Of a DNA stretch of 64,000 nucleotides, positions 1 through 13,649 are shown piece after piece (within the stretch, counting starts at the first letter, position 1; each line of letters opens with the position of its first letter). Location: the NCBI RefSeq assembly GCF_004010195.1, contig NC_057759.1, positions 343,518-407,517 of the forward strand, given 5' to 3'. The position numbers and the translations under genes are program-made. This DNA comes from Chiloscyllium plagiosum (Eukaryota). The notes beneath the pieces are model-generated. The model was not told the origin of the DNA. It ran no database searches and saw only the letters and a program-made list of their open reading frames with translations.

Positions 1-130
1 GGAGGAAACCCACGCAGACACGGGGAGAATGTGCAAACTCCACACAGTCAGTCGCCTGAGTCGGGAATTGAACCCGGGTCTCTGGCACTGTGAGGCAGCA
101 GTGCTAACCACTGTGCCACCGTGCCGCCCA
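1..130 (-). mobile_element. HE1/V-SINE-type tRNA-derived SINE, 5' part (cut by window edge)
   Basis: Reverse complement reads GGGCGGCACGGTGGCACAGTGGTTAGCACTGCTGCCTCACAGTGCCAGAGACCCGGGTTCAATTCCC (pol III A/B-box head); same family as 18166-18486. Confidence 0.85.
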
Positions 131-422
131 CCGTGCCGCCCAAAGACTCGGCAGGCAGGCAGGATTCAAGCAAGTGGTAGGTGTTTATTCAACCAGAACC
201 TGGTTAGCGCAGGCAGAGGGCCAAAGGATTGTCCTCTGAGACTGGCCTCAGAACATGGCACTGTGAGGCAGCAGTGCTAACCACTGTGCCACCATGCCGC
301 CCACCGTGCCGCCCAAAGACTCGGCAGGCAGGCAGGATTCAAGCAAGTGGTTTATTCAACCAGAACCTGGTTAGCGCAGGCAGAGGGCCAAAGGATTGTC
401 CTCTGAGACTGGCCTCAGAACA
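83..422. repeat. Tandem duplication of ~170 bp (83-255 and 256-422)
   Basis: Two near-identical copies from tggcactgtgaggcagc to ggcctcagaaca; the second has a small deletion. Confidence 0.9.
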
Positions 423-1529
423 GAGGTCCATGACACACTCTGATTTTACAATAAAAAGCAATATTTTTTGTTATCAGAAAATTTATAATCATAAACTTGA
501 TTACAATGATCTTACCTTGCAAACCCTCTTCAATGAGACCTAATCAATGGTGGGCATTTCTTTGGACAATCCCAGGATCCCCGACCTCTCAGTTTCACGG
601 AAACTAATCTCAAGGTCTTGCGATCTTTCTATTCATTCACATTCCAAAGTTATTTGCGATATGCCTTTGGGTTTCTCTCAGGCTAGCTTGTCTCTCAGGA
701 CAGCTTGAATGTTGTTATTCATTGTATTCCATTTTATCAAGTTCAATTGCTCCTCTGATCTAATTAGGGCAGTGGGAAACATATGAAGAAAAATCAAAGG
801 ACAGTTTGTTTTGACTTACTTGCCATCGACTTGTAATTTTAATTTTTGTTATACAAAGTTAGCTACAAAGTGTAAATTTTTTGCCCCAATTGTTAGCACT
901 CTGATTAATAGGCTGTGAGCAATCTATTTTGTACTGGCATAAGAGAAATCATTACCTAAAGCTAGCTAACCTTCACTTCCAGGTTTAAATGCTTCTTTTC
1001 CTCTTTATGCTTTGGTATTATGCACCTTCTTTTATGCTGAAAACTACGGTGATGATGGTAAGACTCTTTACGAGAACCTTTTCCTTAATTCAAGAAACTG
1101 AGTACTATAAGATAACTTTAGCTGTTGCACCCTCGGCTGTTTTAGGGCATTAATGGGCTGTTACTAGCACCTGGTGATTGTTCATGAACTGGGACAATTA
1201 CCCTTTCATTTAATGTGGCTGGAATTACTCATTTATTAGACCTTTGGTCTGCTTGTCAGAACTGTTTTGAATGGGAACTGGCTGGGTCCTTGGAGTGACT
1301 TGTTCAATGGTATCATTCTGCCTGAGTGAGGAGGCTGTACGCCTTAGTTTCTGCCTGCCATTCTGTTTCACAGCCTGCTGCTTAATTTTACTTTCCACTT
1401 CTCAGCCAGTTTGTGTTAACAGACATGAGCCACTCACTTCTGGCCAGATACAGGCCACCCCAATAGCCTTTGACAAGGCCAAAGTCCCATATAAAAGACT
1501 GGTCCAAGCTTGGGTCTTGGAGTCTTAAG

Positions 1530-2620
1530 TGCACTGGAGCTGAAATTAGCTTGCAGACAGGGTGCAAACTATTGTGCGTTTGTGACTGGAAGCCTGTGAC
1601 CAGCAGTGAATCACAGGGATCAGTGCTGGGACCCTTGCTGCTTGTTAAGTACATATTAACAATTGGATGTGAATATAGAAAATATAATCAGTAAGCCTGC
1701 AAATGAATTTTTCGTGTGGAAGTATTAAATATTTCAGTGCAATCTTGGTGTGCAAAGGACCTGTTTCTGTGTTGTATTGTTCTTTGTTCTATGACATGAA
1801 AATGACATGAGGGCGATGGTCTCGGGCTACAGTATGAGTACATTGGGCAGAAGAATGGCAGATGGAACTTAAATCCTGATAAATGTCAGGTAATGCATTT
1901 TGGGAGTTCTAATAAGGGAAAGAATTACACAATGAAGGATTGGTCCTGAGGGAGTACTGAGGAACAAAGGGACCTTGGTGTACAAGTCTATAGATCCCAG
2001 AAGGTGTCAGCATAGGCAGACAGGCTGCTGAAGGCGGCATACTGAATGTTTTCTGGAGCTGTCGAATATAAGAGCAAGGAAGTCTTATTCCAACTTTATA
2101 AAACAGATCAAATACTGTGTGCAGTTCTGATTGCCACACAATTAGAAGGATGGGATTGGCTGGAGAGGATGCAGTGGGTTGGAAAGTCTCCATTAAAAGG
2201 GGAGACCGTTTGAGCTGGGTTTCCTTTCCTTGGAGCAGAGGAGGTTGAGGGAGGATCTGACTGAGATATACTAAATTGTGAATGATGCAGATGGAGTAGA
2301 TTGTGAGAATCTTTCTCCCCTTGGCAGACGTGTCTGAGACCAGAGGGCAAAAGTTGAAGTTGTGGGGACAGCAGTTTAGAGGATATCTGTGAAAAATAGT
2401 TTGATGTTGATGATGGGTAAAGTTTGGATTGTGCTGCCTGAGAGTGTGATGGAATGCTCTCTCAGAATTTAAGCAGCATCTGGATATGCCCTTAAGAAAC
2501 CAGGGCATAGTCAGCAGTGGGCCAAGTGCAGATAAATAGGATGAATGCAATTTGGTGTTTGTTGGACATCATGGACATGTTGGGCTGAAGGATCTGTTTC
2601 TATGCTGTATGACTCTATAT
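1530..2620 (+). mobile_element. Decayed CR1-clade LINE, RT 3' half and tail
   Basis: WKPVTS..QGSVLGPLL motif in ORF 1470-1694; CR1/HE1-shared tail gggctgaaggatctgtttctatgctgtatgactctat. Confidence 0.8.
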
Positions 2621-3000
2621 CGCTATAACATCCTTGTAAATCTTTTCTGCAGCATCTAAAGTTTAACATCATCCTTCCTGGAGAAGGGTGATGAGCGTTT
2701 TACGCAATCTCAAGTGGCATCACTAATATCCTGTACAGCCACCAGATGACATCCCAACTCCGACACTCAATGTTCTGACCATGAAGAAAAGCATGCCAAA
2801 TACTTTCTACACTGCCCTGCCTACCTACAACTCTACTTTCAAGAAAATATGCAGCTGCACCCCTCAGTCTCTTTGTTCAGCAACACTTGCCAAGGCCCCA
2901 CCATTAAGTGTATAAGTCCTGCCCTGGTTTGCCTTAATCAAAATCTAACACCTCACATGTATCTAAATGAAACTGAATCTGTCACTTCTTGGCCCACCCG
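2621..3000 (-). mobile_element. CR1 ORF2 fragment
   Basis: Reverse-complement similarity to the RT region of the CR1 at 6780-7150. Confidence 0.7.
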
Positions 3001-3259
3001 ACAAAGGTCATAATTAATATTTGTTTTTCAGTGCACTTGAAGACTGTTGAAGTAAAGGTAGGTGTTAATTACCCTGCACTGTATTGTGATGGTGCTCACC
3101 ATGATTGGGGCACTTGTGTGGCTCTACAGAGGGCAGGAGGAAGCAATGATTTTCTCTCATGCAGTGGTCCAAATTGGAACAGCCAAACTAAACTTTTTGA
3201 AGAATAAAACTTTTGAATTCTTCTTGTAAAAAGAAAAATGAGCAGGTTTAGTAATCTAC

Positions 3260-4325
3260 ATTATCTTGTGGGGAGTTACCAAGACATAGTCACATCTCAG
3301 GTACAAGAAAAATGGCCAATGGGTTACAGTCAGGGGACTGAAGGGGAAGGAGCCCCTGTGTCCATTCCCCCTAATAACAAATGTACTGTTTTGGATACTA
3401 TTGATGGGCGGGGGAGAAAACTTACCAGCAGTAAGCCACATGGTACAGGTCTCTGGCAAAGAGTCTGTCCCTGTTACTCGGGGGGGTGGGGGAGGAAGAG
3501 GAAGAGAGAGAAGAAGAGTGCATTCGTTATTGGGTTCTCCATAGTTAGAGTGGAGTTGTGGACAGTGGTGAAGGATGTTACAGGTTACACTGGTACATAG
3601 ATAAGCTGCAGAGTTGGGCTGAGAGGTGGCAAATGGAGTTTAGTGTGGAAAAGTGTGAGATAATTCACTTTGGAAGGAGTACTGGTCTAATGGTAAGGTT
3701 CTTGGTAGCGTAGATGAGCAGAGAGATCTTAGTGGACATGTACATTGATCCCAGGTTGATAGGGTTGTTAAGAAGGCATACAGTGGTTAGCTTTTATTGG
3801 GAGAGGGATTGAGTTTTGGAACCATGAGGTCACGGTGCAGCTCTACAAAATTCTGGTGTGGCCGCACTTGGAAAATTGCATCCAGTTCCAGTCCCCACAT
3901 CATAGTAAGGATGTGGAAGCTTTGGAAAGGGTTCACAGGTGATTTACTGGGCTGTTGTCTACTCTGGAGGGAATGTCTTATGAGGAAAGGCTGAGGGACT
4001 TCAGACTCCATTAGAGAGAAGAAGGTTGAGAGGTGACTTAATATGAGACACTTAAAATAATCAGAGGGTTAGAAAGTGTGGGCAGTGAGAGCCTTATTCC
4101 TCTGATGGTGTTGGCTAGCACCAGAGGACATCGCTTTAAATTGAGGGATGATAAATATAAGACAGATGTCAGAGGTAGTTTCTTTAGTCAGTGGTAGGGG
4201 CATGGAAAGTTCTGCCTGCAACTGTTGTAGACTCGCCAACTTTAAGGGTGTTTAAATGGTCATTGGATAAACATATGGATGATAATGCAATAGTATACTG
4301 CACTGTCATGTTCTGTGTTCTATTA
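3260..4325 (+). mobile_element. CR1 fragments (ORF1 piece plus RT 3' end) inserted in a duplicated unique segment
   Basis: W.MEF..EKC.I.HFG-type RT C-terminal codons and 3' UTR; absent from the paralogous segment at ~27780. Confidence 0.75.
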
Positions 4326-5529
4326 TCTGTCTAAATCTTTCCTACTCCATTGTTTCAAATTACGATTATGTGATCACATTGAGTCCTTGAGAAAATGGGA
4401 TTGAGTTTTCGTGTGTCTTATATCAGACTTCATAGAAATGCAGGGCTATTTGTAGAAAATGAAAGTTACTTTGAAACAATGGGGTAGGAAAGATTTAGTG
4501 AGATAATAGAACACAGAACATGACAGTGCAGTCAGTATACTGTTCCATTTTCATCCATATATTTATCCAATGATCATTTAAATGCCCTTAAAGTTGGCGA
4601 GTCTACTGCAGTTGCCATTTTGATGACGATCGAGGCATAAAAAAATCTGTTCCTGCAAGTTGGAGAAATGGAGAATGATGTTATGATGAGGGTGGGAATG
4701 GCAGCTCCTCTGCCACCATGATACATTTATGGAAATGGAAAGCTGTCTGAGTGGGAGGAGAATTGTTAACTGGATGTCTCTGACTGCTGCAGACCACAAT
4801 GACTCCATGAGAGAGTGATATTTATCTTGATTATATCATTTTCTGTTGCCTGAAGTATATATGGAACTCCATAACTGTTAGTCCTGCTCTGCAGTTATGG
4901 TGTTTGTATTTTGAACTAATTCTGAATTAAGTCAGTTGCTTTGTGTGTGTGTGTATGTGTCTGTGTGTGCCTGCAGTATTTATTCTATATTGTCAGGAAT
5001 AAAAACAGAAATTCCTAGAGAAACGCAGTTCTGAATAACAGTTACTGGTCCCAAAACATTAACTCTGCTTTCTCTCCACACATGCTGCTGGACACGCGGA
5101 GTTCTTTTTCAGCAACTTCTCCTTTTGTTTCCAGCCTGGAGCATCTGCAGTTTTAATTGTCAGGTTTTGGCACAGAATGGGTGTTTGGAATTCACATTGT
5201 TTAATTGTCATGTGACTGTATGTGACAACTATTCATTAAAGGGTTAACTCTGTCCTGCCCAATCACTAATAAATTAATAACACTATTTCATCCTGTAAAT
5301 TGGTGACTTTTATCTGGTTTCCTTCTATCTCTGTATTTAACATCTATGTTATATATGGTTTTTGAAATGATGCTACAGTCGGATTTTCTTTTCCATCTTG
5401 ACTTTAACTCCAAAAAGTCACATTAAATGTAAATTTAATGCCTTCTTGGGCATATATTTCAGATAAGAATTCAGTCTAAACCTCTTGAAAAATGGTGTAA
5501 ATGTCAATGGGCTTGACAATATTAGGTAA

Positions 5530-7593
5530 GGACTTCCAAAAGCTGATTAATGGCAGATGTTCACAGGTAAAGTGATGGCTGGAAAATGGGAAACCTTCAA
5601 AATGAGATAACGAGAGTCCAGTGACAGTCTGTTCCTATTAGGATGAACGGCAAGTCTGGAAACTGTAGGGAATGCTGGATGATGGAGAAATTATGGTTTT
5701 GGTCCAGAGAAAGAAGGAAACGTATGTCAGGTATAGACAGCAGAGATCGAATGAATCCTTAGAAGAAGAAAAGACAGTAGGAGTATACTCGAGAGGGAAA
5801 TCAGGAGGGCAAAAAGGGGGCATGAGATAGCTTTGGTAAATACGGTTGAGGAGAATCACAAGGGATATTAAGAATACATTTAAGGACAAAAACGTAACTA
5901 GGGAGAGATTAGGGTCCCTCAAAGATCAGCAAGAAGGCCTTTGTGTCGAGCCACAAAAGATGGGGGAGACACTCAATGAGTATTTTGTATCACTGTTTAA
6001 TGTGGAGAAGGACATAGAGGTTACAGAATGTGGGGAAATAGATGGTGTCATCTTGAAAGATGTCCATATTACACACAAAAGTAGTCCTGGATGTCTTGAA
6101 ACGCATAAAAGTGGATAAATCCACAGACCCTGATCAGGCGTACTCTAGAACTCTGTGGGAGGTTACGGAAGTGATTGCTGTGTCCCTTGCTGAGATATTT
6201 TTATTATAGATAGTTACAGGTGAGGCGCTGGAAGACTAGAGTTTGGCTAACGTGGTGCTACTATTTAAGAAAGGTGGTAAGGAAAAGTCAGGGACCTTTA
6301 GGCTGGTAAGCCTGCCATTGGTGTTGGGCAAGATGTTGGAGGGAATCCTGAGGGACAGAATTTACACGTATTTTGAAAGGCAAGGATTGATACGGGACAG
6401 TGAACATAGTATTGTGCATGGGAAACCATGACTCTCAAACTCCACTGAGTTTTTGGAAGTAGTACGAAGAGGATTTCCCCATGGGAGACTGGTAAGCAAG
6501 GTTAGACCTCATGGAATACAGAAGAACTAGCCATTTGGAGACAGAATTGGCTCAAAAGGTAGAAGACAGAAAGCAGTCGTAGAGGGTTGTTTTTAAGACT
6601 CGAGGCATGGGACCAGTGGAGTGCCACAAGGATCAGTGCTGGGTCCACTACTTTTCTTCATTTACATAAATGATTTGGATATGAGCAATGGAGGTAAGAC
6701 ACCAAAATTGGAAGTGTAGTGGACAGCGAAAAAGGTTACCTCAGATTACAAACTGGATCTTGATCAGATGGGTCAATGGGCTGAAGAGTGACAGATGGAG
6801 ATTAATTCAGATAAATGCAATGTGCTGCATTTTGGGAAAGCAAATCTTCGCAGGATTTATACACTTTATGGTAAGGTCCGAGGGAGTGTTATTGAACAAA
6901 GAGACTTCGGCGTGCACGTGCATAGTTCCTTGAAAGTAAAGTCACAGGTAGATAGGATATTGAAGACGGCGTTCCATATGCTTTCCTTTATTGGTCAGAG
7001 TATTGAGTACATGTTGCAGCTGTACAGGACATTGGTTAGACCGCTATTGGAATATTGTATACAATTCTGGTCTCCTTCTTATCAGAAGGATGTTGTGAAA
7101 CTTGAAAGGGTTCAGAAAGGATTTGCATGGATGTTCCCAGGGTTGGAGGATTTGAGCTATAGGGACAGGTTGAATAGGCAGGGGCTGTTTTCCCTGGAGC
7201 ATCGGAGACTGAGGGGTGCCCTTATAAAGGTTTATAAAATTATGAGGAGCATGGATAGGATAAATAGACAAGTTTTATGTTCCCTGGGATGGGGGAGTCC
7301 AGAACGAGAAGGCATAGGTTTAGGGTGAGATGGAAAAGTTATATAAGAGACCTAAGTGGCAAGATTTTCACACAGAGGGTGGTACATGTATGGAATTAAC
7401 TGACAGAGGAAGTGGTGGAGGCCAGTAAAATTGCAAATTTTAAAAAAGCTTCTGAATGCGTATATGAATAGGAAGGGTTTGGAGGGATATGGGCCGCTGC
7501 TGGCAGGTGGGACTAGATTGGGTTGGGATATCTGGTTGGCTTGGACGAGTTGGACTGAAGGGTCTGTTTCTGTGCTGTACATCTCTTTGACTC
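5530..7593 (+). mobile_element. CR1/HER1-type LINE, 5'-truncated, decayed ORF2
   Basis: ORFs 5846-6118, 6243-6431 (ANVVLLFKKGGKEK), 6795-7328 (LYRTLVRPLLEYCIQFWSP); gtgccacaaggatcagtgctgggtcca = VPQGSVLGP; CR1 tail. Confidence 0.9.
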
Positions 7594-8390
7594 GAAGATG
7601 GATGAGGGAAGAGTGGTGTATGTGTTCGATATGGATTTCAGTAAGATGTTTGGCAAGTTTCTTCATTGTAGACTTGTTAGCAAGGGTAGTTTACATGAAA
7701 ATCAGGAAGAACTAGCAATTTGGACACAGAATTGACTTGAATGTGGAAAACAGAGGGTGGTTGTGGAGGCCTACCTTTCAGACTGGAGACCTGTGATCAG
7801 TAGTGTGCCACCAGGATCAGTGCTGAGTTCACTGCTTTTCCTTATTTTTATAAATGATTTGAATGTGAACATAAAACGTTTGCAGATGACGCCAAAATTA
7901 GCAGTGTAGTGGACAGCAAAGAAGGTTCCCTCAGATTACAACAGGATCATGATCAGGTGGGCCACTGGGCCGACCAGTGGAAGATGGAGTTTAATTCAGA
8001 TAAATTTGAGGTGCTTCATTTTAGAAAGGCACATCAAGGCAGGGATTATACACTTAATGCTAAGGTCCTGGGGAGTAATTCTAAACAAAGAGACCATGGA
8101 GTGCATGTTCATAGTTCCTTGAAAGTGGAGTCGCCGGTCGATAGGATAATGTTGCAGCTGTATAGCCAATTGGTTCAGCCGCTTTGGAATATTGTGTGCA
8201 ATTCTGGTCTCCTTCCTATTGGAAGGATGTTGTGAAACTTGAAACATTCAGAAAAGATTTGTAAGATTGTTACCAGGGTTGGAGTGTTTGAGCAAAAGGG
8301 AGAGGCTGAAGAGGCTGAACCTGTTTTCCCTGGAGTGTTGGAGGCTGGGAGGTGACCTTATAGAGGTTTATAAAATCAGGAGGGTCACTG
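7594..8390 (+). mobile_element. Second CR1 RT fragment
   Basis: FADD codons (tttgcagatgac) and ORF 7909-8235 WKMEFNSDKFEVLHF. Confidence 0.85.
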
Positions 8391-8874
8391 TAATTGTAAA
8401 AAAATTGTAATTCCTCCGTGATATTTAACACTTGATTTGAAAATTTCTCTCTGGAAATTGAATCAATGTGTGTCTAATTCAATCTATTCTATAACAATGG
8501 AAAGGATGATCTTCAGTCTGACAGCAGTAACATACCTGCTGTTTTTTCGAAGGAACTGATCACACTTGGCTTTGTACTGAGCACATATTACAGTGTCTTG
8601 GTCCTTCAAGTAATTGTCTGGAGGAAGACAGAAGAGACATCGTTTGTAAATCAACATTAAGTCAATCGAATAATTTAATAATAATTAGGCTGTTTTTTGT
8701 CTTCAAGACAGCAATTCTAACAGGACCACAGGCTGATCCTCTTCTTGGCCTGAGCTGCTCTTTGGTGATTATATTTTTTAAAAAGTACCAATTCACTGAG
8801 AACCACAGAAAAACCAATACCTCTACAAACACCTCTGGCATCTGGATAATAAAGTTTGTCTGGATATGAAAGTT

Positions 8875-11400
8875 TCCTTATCTATCCATACCTGTCAGTT
8901 CCTGCTCAGTAAATGTGTGAAGATAATTATCAAGATGTACCTGTTAAATGCTGCTCTGTGAATATCTGAGTGTAGTTTATCAAACTGTAATTATCAATCT
9001 GTATAATCTGTGCAAATATGTGAGTGAATGCAGTATTCAATCTGTCCCGGTCACTCTCTGGTAAATATATTTACATTTTCTCATCACAGAGACAAATAGG
9101 GACAGACTAATAACTGCACTCATACATTCACATACCATAAACCGACAGGTGCAGATTGGTAACTGAACTCCTGTGGCCACATAAAGGAAACTGCCAGGGA
9201 CTGGTTGATAAATACATTTCAAACATTTTAAATAAATAGGATCAGTCCCTAGTGTTTCTCTGATGTGGATATGCAAGTTTAGTTATCAATATATATATAC
9301 CTGTCAGTTTCTGCCCTGCAAATGTGCATGTTTGCTTTGCCAATCTGTCCCTAAAAGTTTCTGCTGTGTACCTGCGAGTGTAGTTATCAACCTGAACCTG
9401 TCAGTTTCAGTTTTGAGAATGCGAGTTTCGATATTAATCTCTACCTGTCACTTTCTGCTGTATGAATATTAAATGCAGTCATCAATTTGTACCTAACAGT
9501 TTATTCTGTGAGAATGTAGATATTGATCTCTACCTGTACGTTTAAGCTATATCAGTATGGGAGAGCAATTATCAAACAATATCTGTCAGGTTTTGCTATT
9601 TGACACCAGAGTGTTACTGTTTCTACTATGTCAATATGACGGTGCAGATACCAATCTGTCCCTGTCAGATTCTTCCCTGTCAATATGTGAATACAGTTAT
9701 TGAGCAGTACCCATCAGCTTCTGCTCTGTGAATGTGGGTGTATTAATCAAACTGTAGCTGTCAGCTTCAGTGATGTGAATGTGGGAATAGAGTTATCGTT
9801 CTCTACCTGTCATTTTCTTCTTTGTCAAAGTGAGTGGAACTGTCAATCTGTATCTTTCAGACTCTGTTGTGTGAATACATAAATATAGATGTCAATCTGT
9901 AGCTGTCAGTTTCTGCTTGGTGAATATGTTTGTGTAATAGCCAATCTTTCCAATTTCTACTATGTGAATGTGTGAACTGAGTTTTCACCTGTCACTATCC
10001 ATTTCTGCTTTGTGAATGTGAGAGTTTAGTTATCACTCTTTCCCTGTCAGGCTCTGTAATATCAATGTTTTGAGTGTATTTACTCATCGTTTCCTGTCAG
10101 TTTGTGTGACTGTAGTTATCAACTGGTACCTCTTAGATTCTGCTATGTGAATATGTGAGTGTAATTATCCGTTTCATTTGATCTGACTTATTATTCTCAC
10201 ACACACTGACATACAATGAAAAGTATTGTTTTGTGTACTTAACAGGCAAATAATATCAGACAAAATGCATCAGGGTAATAGAACAGAATCTGTAATACAG
10301 TATTAAAGCTGCAAAGAGAGAGAGATTAACATTAAAATTTGAGCAAGATTAGAGTGGTGCTGGAAAAGCACAGCAGGTCAGGCAGCATCTGAGGAGCAGG
10401 AAACAAAATCGACATTTCAGGCAAAAGCCTTTCATCAGGAATGCCCGAAACGTCAATTTTCCTGCTCCTCGGATGCTGCCTGACCGAAACGTCGATTCTC
10501 CTGTTCCCTGGATGCTGCCTGACCTGCTGCGCTTTTCCAGCAACACATTTTCTGCTCTGATCTCCAGCATCTGTTGCATTTGAAGTGACATGCAACAGCA
10601 AGCTCAGGGTCTTTTTGTCTGGATAGAATGTAGGCGTTCTGAAAAGTGGACACCCATTCTGCGTTCAGTTTCCCCAACATAGAGGAGACCACATTGTGTG
10701 CATTTTCCTTGCCTCTGAGGACCAGTCACTGGACCTGAAATGCTGCCAGACCTGTGAATTTTCCACCAATTTTTGTTTTGTTATCAATCTCTCGCTGGGA
10801 GTTTCTTCTCTGTGAATATCGTTATCAAAGTGTACACATCAACTTATGTGATTTGAAATTGGGAGCATAATCAATCTATTCCTGTCAGTTTCTGCTTTGT
10901 GAATATGAGAGTGTAGTTATCAATCTTTCTCTGAAATTTACTGCCACCTGCATGTGAGTTATTTACCAACCTGTCCCTGTCAGATTCTGCTCTGTGCATC
11001 TGAGAGTGCAGTTAATAAACTGTATCTGTCAGCTTCTTATTTATAAATGTGCAATTTAATTTATCATCCTGTACCTGTCAGGTTTTGCTGTGCAAATCTG
11101 TTAGTCTAGTTATTAACCTGTACCTGTCATGTGTGTGTGCATGATTATTGTTCTCTCCCTTTCAGTTTCTGCAATATGAATATGTGAGAACAGATATCAA
11201 TCGATGTCTGTCAGTTTTGGTTGTGTCCATACGAGAGTTTAGGACTTGATGTATAAATGTCAATTTCTGCTGTGTCCATGTGTGAATTTAGGAATTGATC
11301 TATACATGCCAGTTTCTGCTGTATCACTGAGAGTGAAGTTCTCAATGAGTTCCAGTCACTTTCAACTCTTCTATCAAATTTGCTCAATTCTCTGGCAACC
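8875..11400 (+). repeat. Degenerate minisatellite, period ~47-49 bp (consensus like gttatcaatctgtacctgtcagtttctgctctgtgaatgtgagtgta), interrupted at ~10180-10785
   Basis: ctgtca core recurs at 10977, 11026, 11075 and 11124 (49-bp spacing) and throughout; a few inverted units at ~9060-9240. Confidence 0.85.
10350..10785. mobile_element. Cluster of PLE-related pieces: inverted short hammerhead-bearing repeats and a GIY-YIG fragment (10578-10702, minus)
   Basis: Minus strand encodes CTQCGLLYVGETERRMGVHFSERL / KDPELAVACHF; minus-strand CTGATGA-A-AGGCTTTTGCCT-GAAATGTC at 10411-10438. Confidence 0.75.
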
Positions 11401-11404
11401 AATA

Positions 11405-11625
11405 ATATTCTAGAATCTATTGTTGATTGCCAGAAAAATTCATCTGATTCACTAATGCGCTTGAAGGAAGGAAACTGCCATCCTTACCTTGTCTGGCCTA
11501 CATGTGACTGCAGACACACATCAATGTGGTTAACTCCTAAGTACTGCATGGGTAGTTAGGGTTGGGCAATAAATGCTGGCCTAGCCACTGAGGCCCCCAT
11601 CCCATGACTGAATTAGAAAAAAAAT
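11405..11625 (+). mobile_element. SacSINE1-like SINE, 3' part
   Basis: Similar to 39845-40160; ends gggcaataaatgctggcctagcc...A-rich tail. Confidence 0.55.
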
Positions 11626-13649
11626 GTTCTCTGTGACTGTGATTCAATCCGTGATAGCAGTTCTTATGGTGTTGTGATTGTGCCTTAAACACTTAGGCAT
11701 TTTGTGATTTATGACTCAATCACAGAATTGGTACAGCCATTCAGTGTGTTGTGTCTGTGCTGGGACATTCTATTCTTGATCTGTTCTCCATACTAGTTTC
11801 CAATAACTGTTTGGGATTCTGAACTTCATCCACTCACTACCAGTGTCTCGGTGTAAATGGCAATTTGAGATTAGTTCTGCAGTTATCAGCCTTTTAAAAC
11901 CTATAGTACCAGTTTTGCTCTGTGTGCAGTGACGAGTTGAATATTTGAATGCCATTCTCTTTCTATGTTCAGTTGTGTTTTTTCAGTCAGGGTGTAGGAT
12001 AAACCAGTTCAATGTTCGCTAAATCTGGTGATTGATGGATTAATATTGGTTCAGTACTTATCTTTGAATCAGTTTTAATTTTACATTTTGTGTGTGCACT
12101 AGTCTTTGGCAGTTGCTGCTGGGCACTGCAATAATGTAACATCTAAAACTAACATCTTCTGAAGCATTTAATAATTTGGTCAGTCAATTTATGACTGTCC
12201 ATATCTGGAAGTAGTTGTGGGCCTAAATTGCATTTTTCTCCCTTTTAACCATTAACTGGCTGGATGTGAGTGAGTTTTCTGTTGTTCTGCCAATCTGTAT
12301 CACTTTGAAGAATGGTACTGGTCTATATCACACTGACATTGTCGGTGTGTCTCCTTGTGTTTCCAGTCCTGATCCACTTTCAGATGGGTTTAAAGTCTTA
12401 TCAATCAGTGTTTCACACATTTAAAAATTGTGGAAATGCTTCTGTATTACTCAGGCCCTCAATAAGAATGGGAGTGTGGATAAAGTGTATTTTCATCAAC
12501 ACCAGGCTGAGAGACAGGCAGACAGAGACAGATGTGTATGCACATGTGTGAATGAGCTTGAAGCATCCTCTCGGGAAGCATCCTCTGTAGATCAGGCTTG
12601 ACCAAGAGGGTCATCTGGAATTTACATTGTTTGATTATTCTCTTTATCCAGGACAACTATTTATCAAAAGAATAAATTTGTACTGGTCAGTTACTCAATG
12701 TCCAACTTTGCTTCTCTATCTGCACTCAATATCAACTTCATATATACTTGTAACAATATAACAGCATGATTGATTATTGATTATAACTTTAAAAAATGCC
12801 TTTTCTACATATGGATTTAATGCAGCTCAAATGTATATTTATTACAAGCATACAGTCTAACCTGCTTCTAATCTTATGAATGATAATTGGCTTTGAATAG
12901 TGGAATTTACCATCACTGAGGTGGTATGCATTCAGAACAGGGTGAAATATAGATTTATATATCATCTGTTGCGTTTAACTCTTGGATTGAATGTGTACTT
13001 CTGGAAATGGAGCTCAATGTGCGTCTGACTTAATCCACTCAGACAGTGGAAAGGACATTCTTCACTCTGTCAGTGGTAACATACCTGCTGATTGTGAGAA
13101 GCAGCTGGTCGCTCTCGGATTGGTCCATCAAATATTTGCCTGGAGAAAGACAAAAGAGAGAGCTCCTGTACATCACTAGCAGCTGAGTAGGAAGACATTA
13201 AATAATCAATGCAATATTCAGGTTATGATCATTATAATTCTTTGTTTTTGAACAAGGTCAGGTGAACAGAGCAGATCCTGGTTCCACTCGAACCCAGAGC
13301 ACCTTCCAGTCTTTTTCTATTTTCGAAATTCTAAAACATTTTACTAAGATAAAAATAAACTAACCAAAATACGCACAGCTCCACAAATGTAATGATTACG
13401 CAGTTCAATATCCAACTCCCAATACACCATCTGTTGAAAGACGAACACTGGGCCCGATTTCACATACTTTGAGACGTTCCCGGTGCCTGCTATATTTACC
13501 CTTCACAGGATTATTACACTTGTTTCTACTGTCCTTTATTTCAATGTCTATTCGCAACAAATAGCGGGAAACAGAAGCCAAACAATGAATTTCCATCAGA
13601 GTGTAGGTAATTAAAAAACACAAGAATATCCCACAGCAGCTTCTTCCCC

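Noticed and set aside
142..1520. Possible antisense LTR and internal sequence (tttatt signal, LTR-like composition)
   Set aside because: No TG..CA termini, PBS or recognisable retroviral peptide could be located
1909..2550. 213-aa minus-strand ORF
   Set aside because: Antisense to a decayed CR1 RT fragment
8875..11400. Regularly spaced repeats resembling a CRISPR array
   Set aside because: Eukaryotic context; whole units are homologous with no unique spacers and no cas genes
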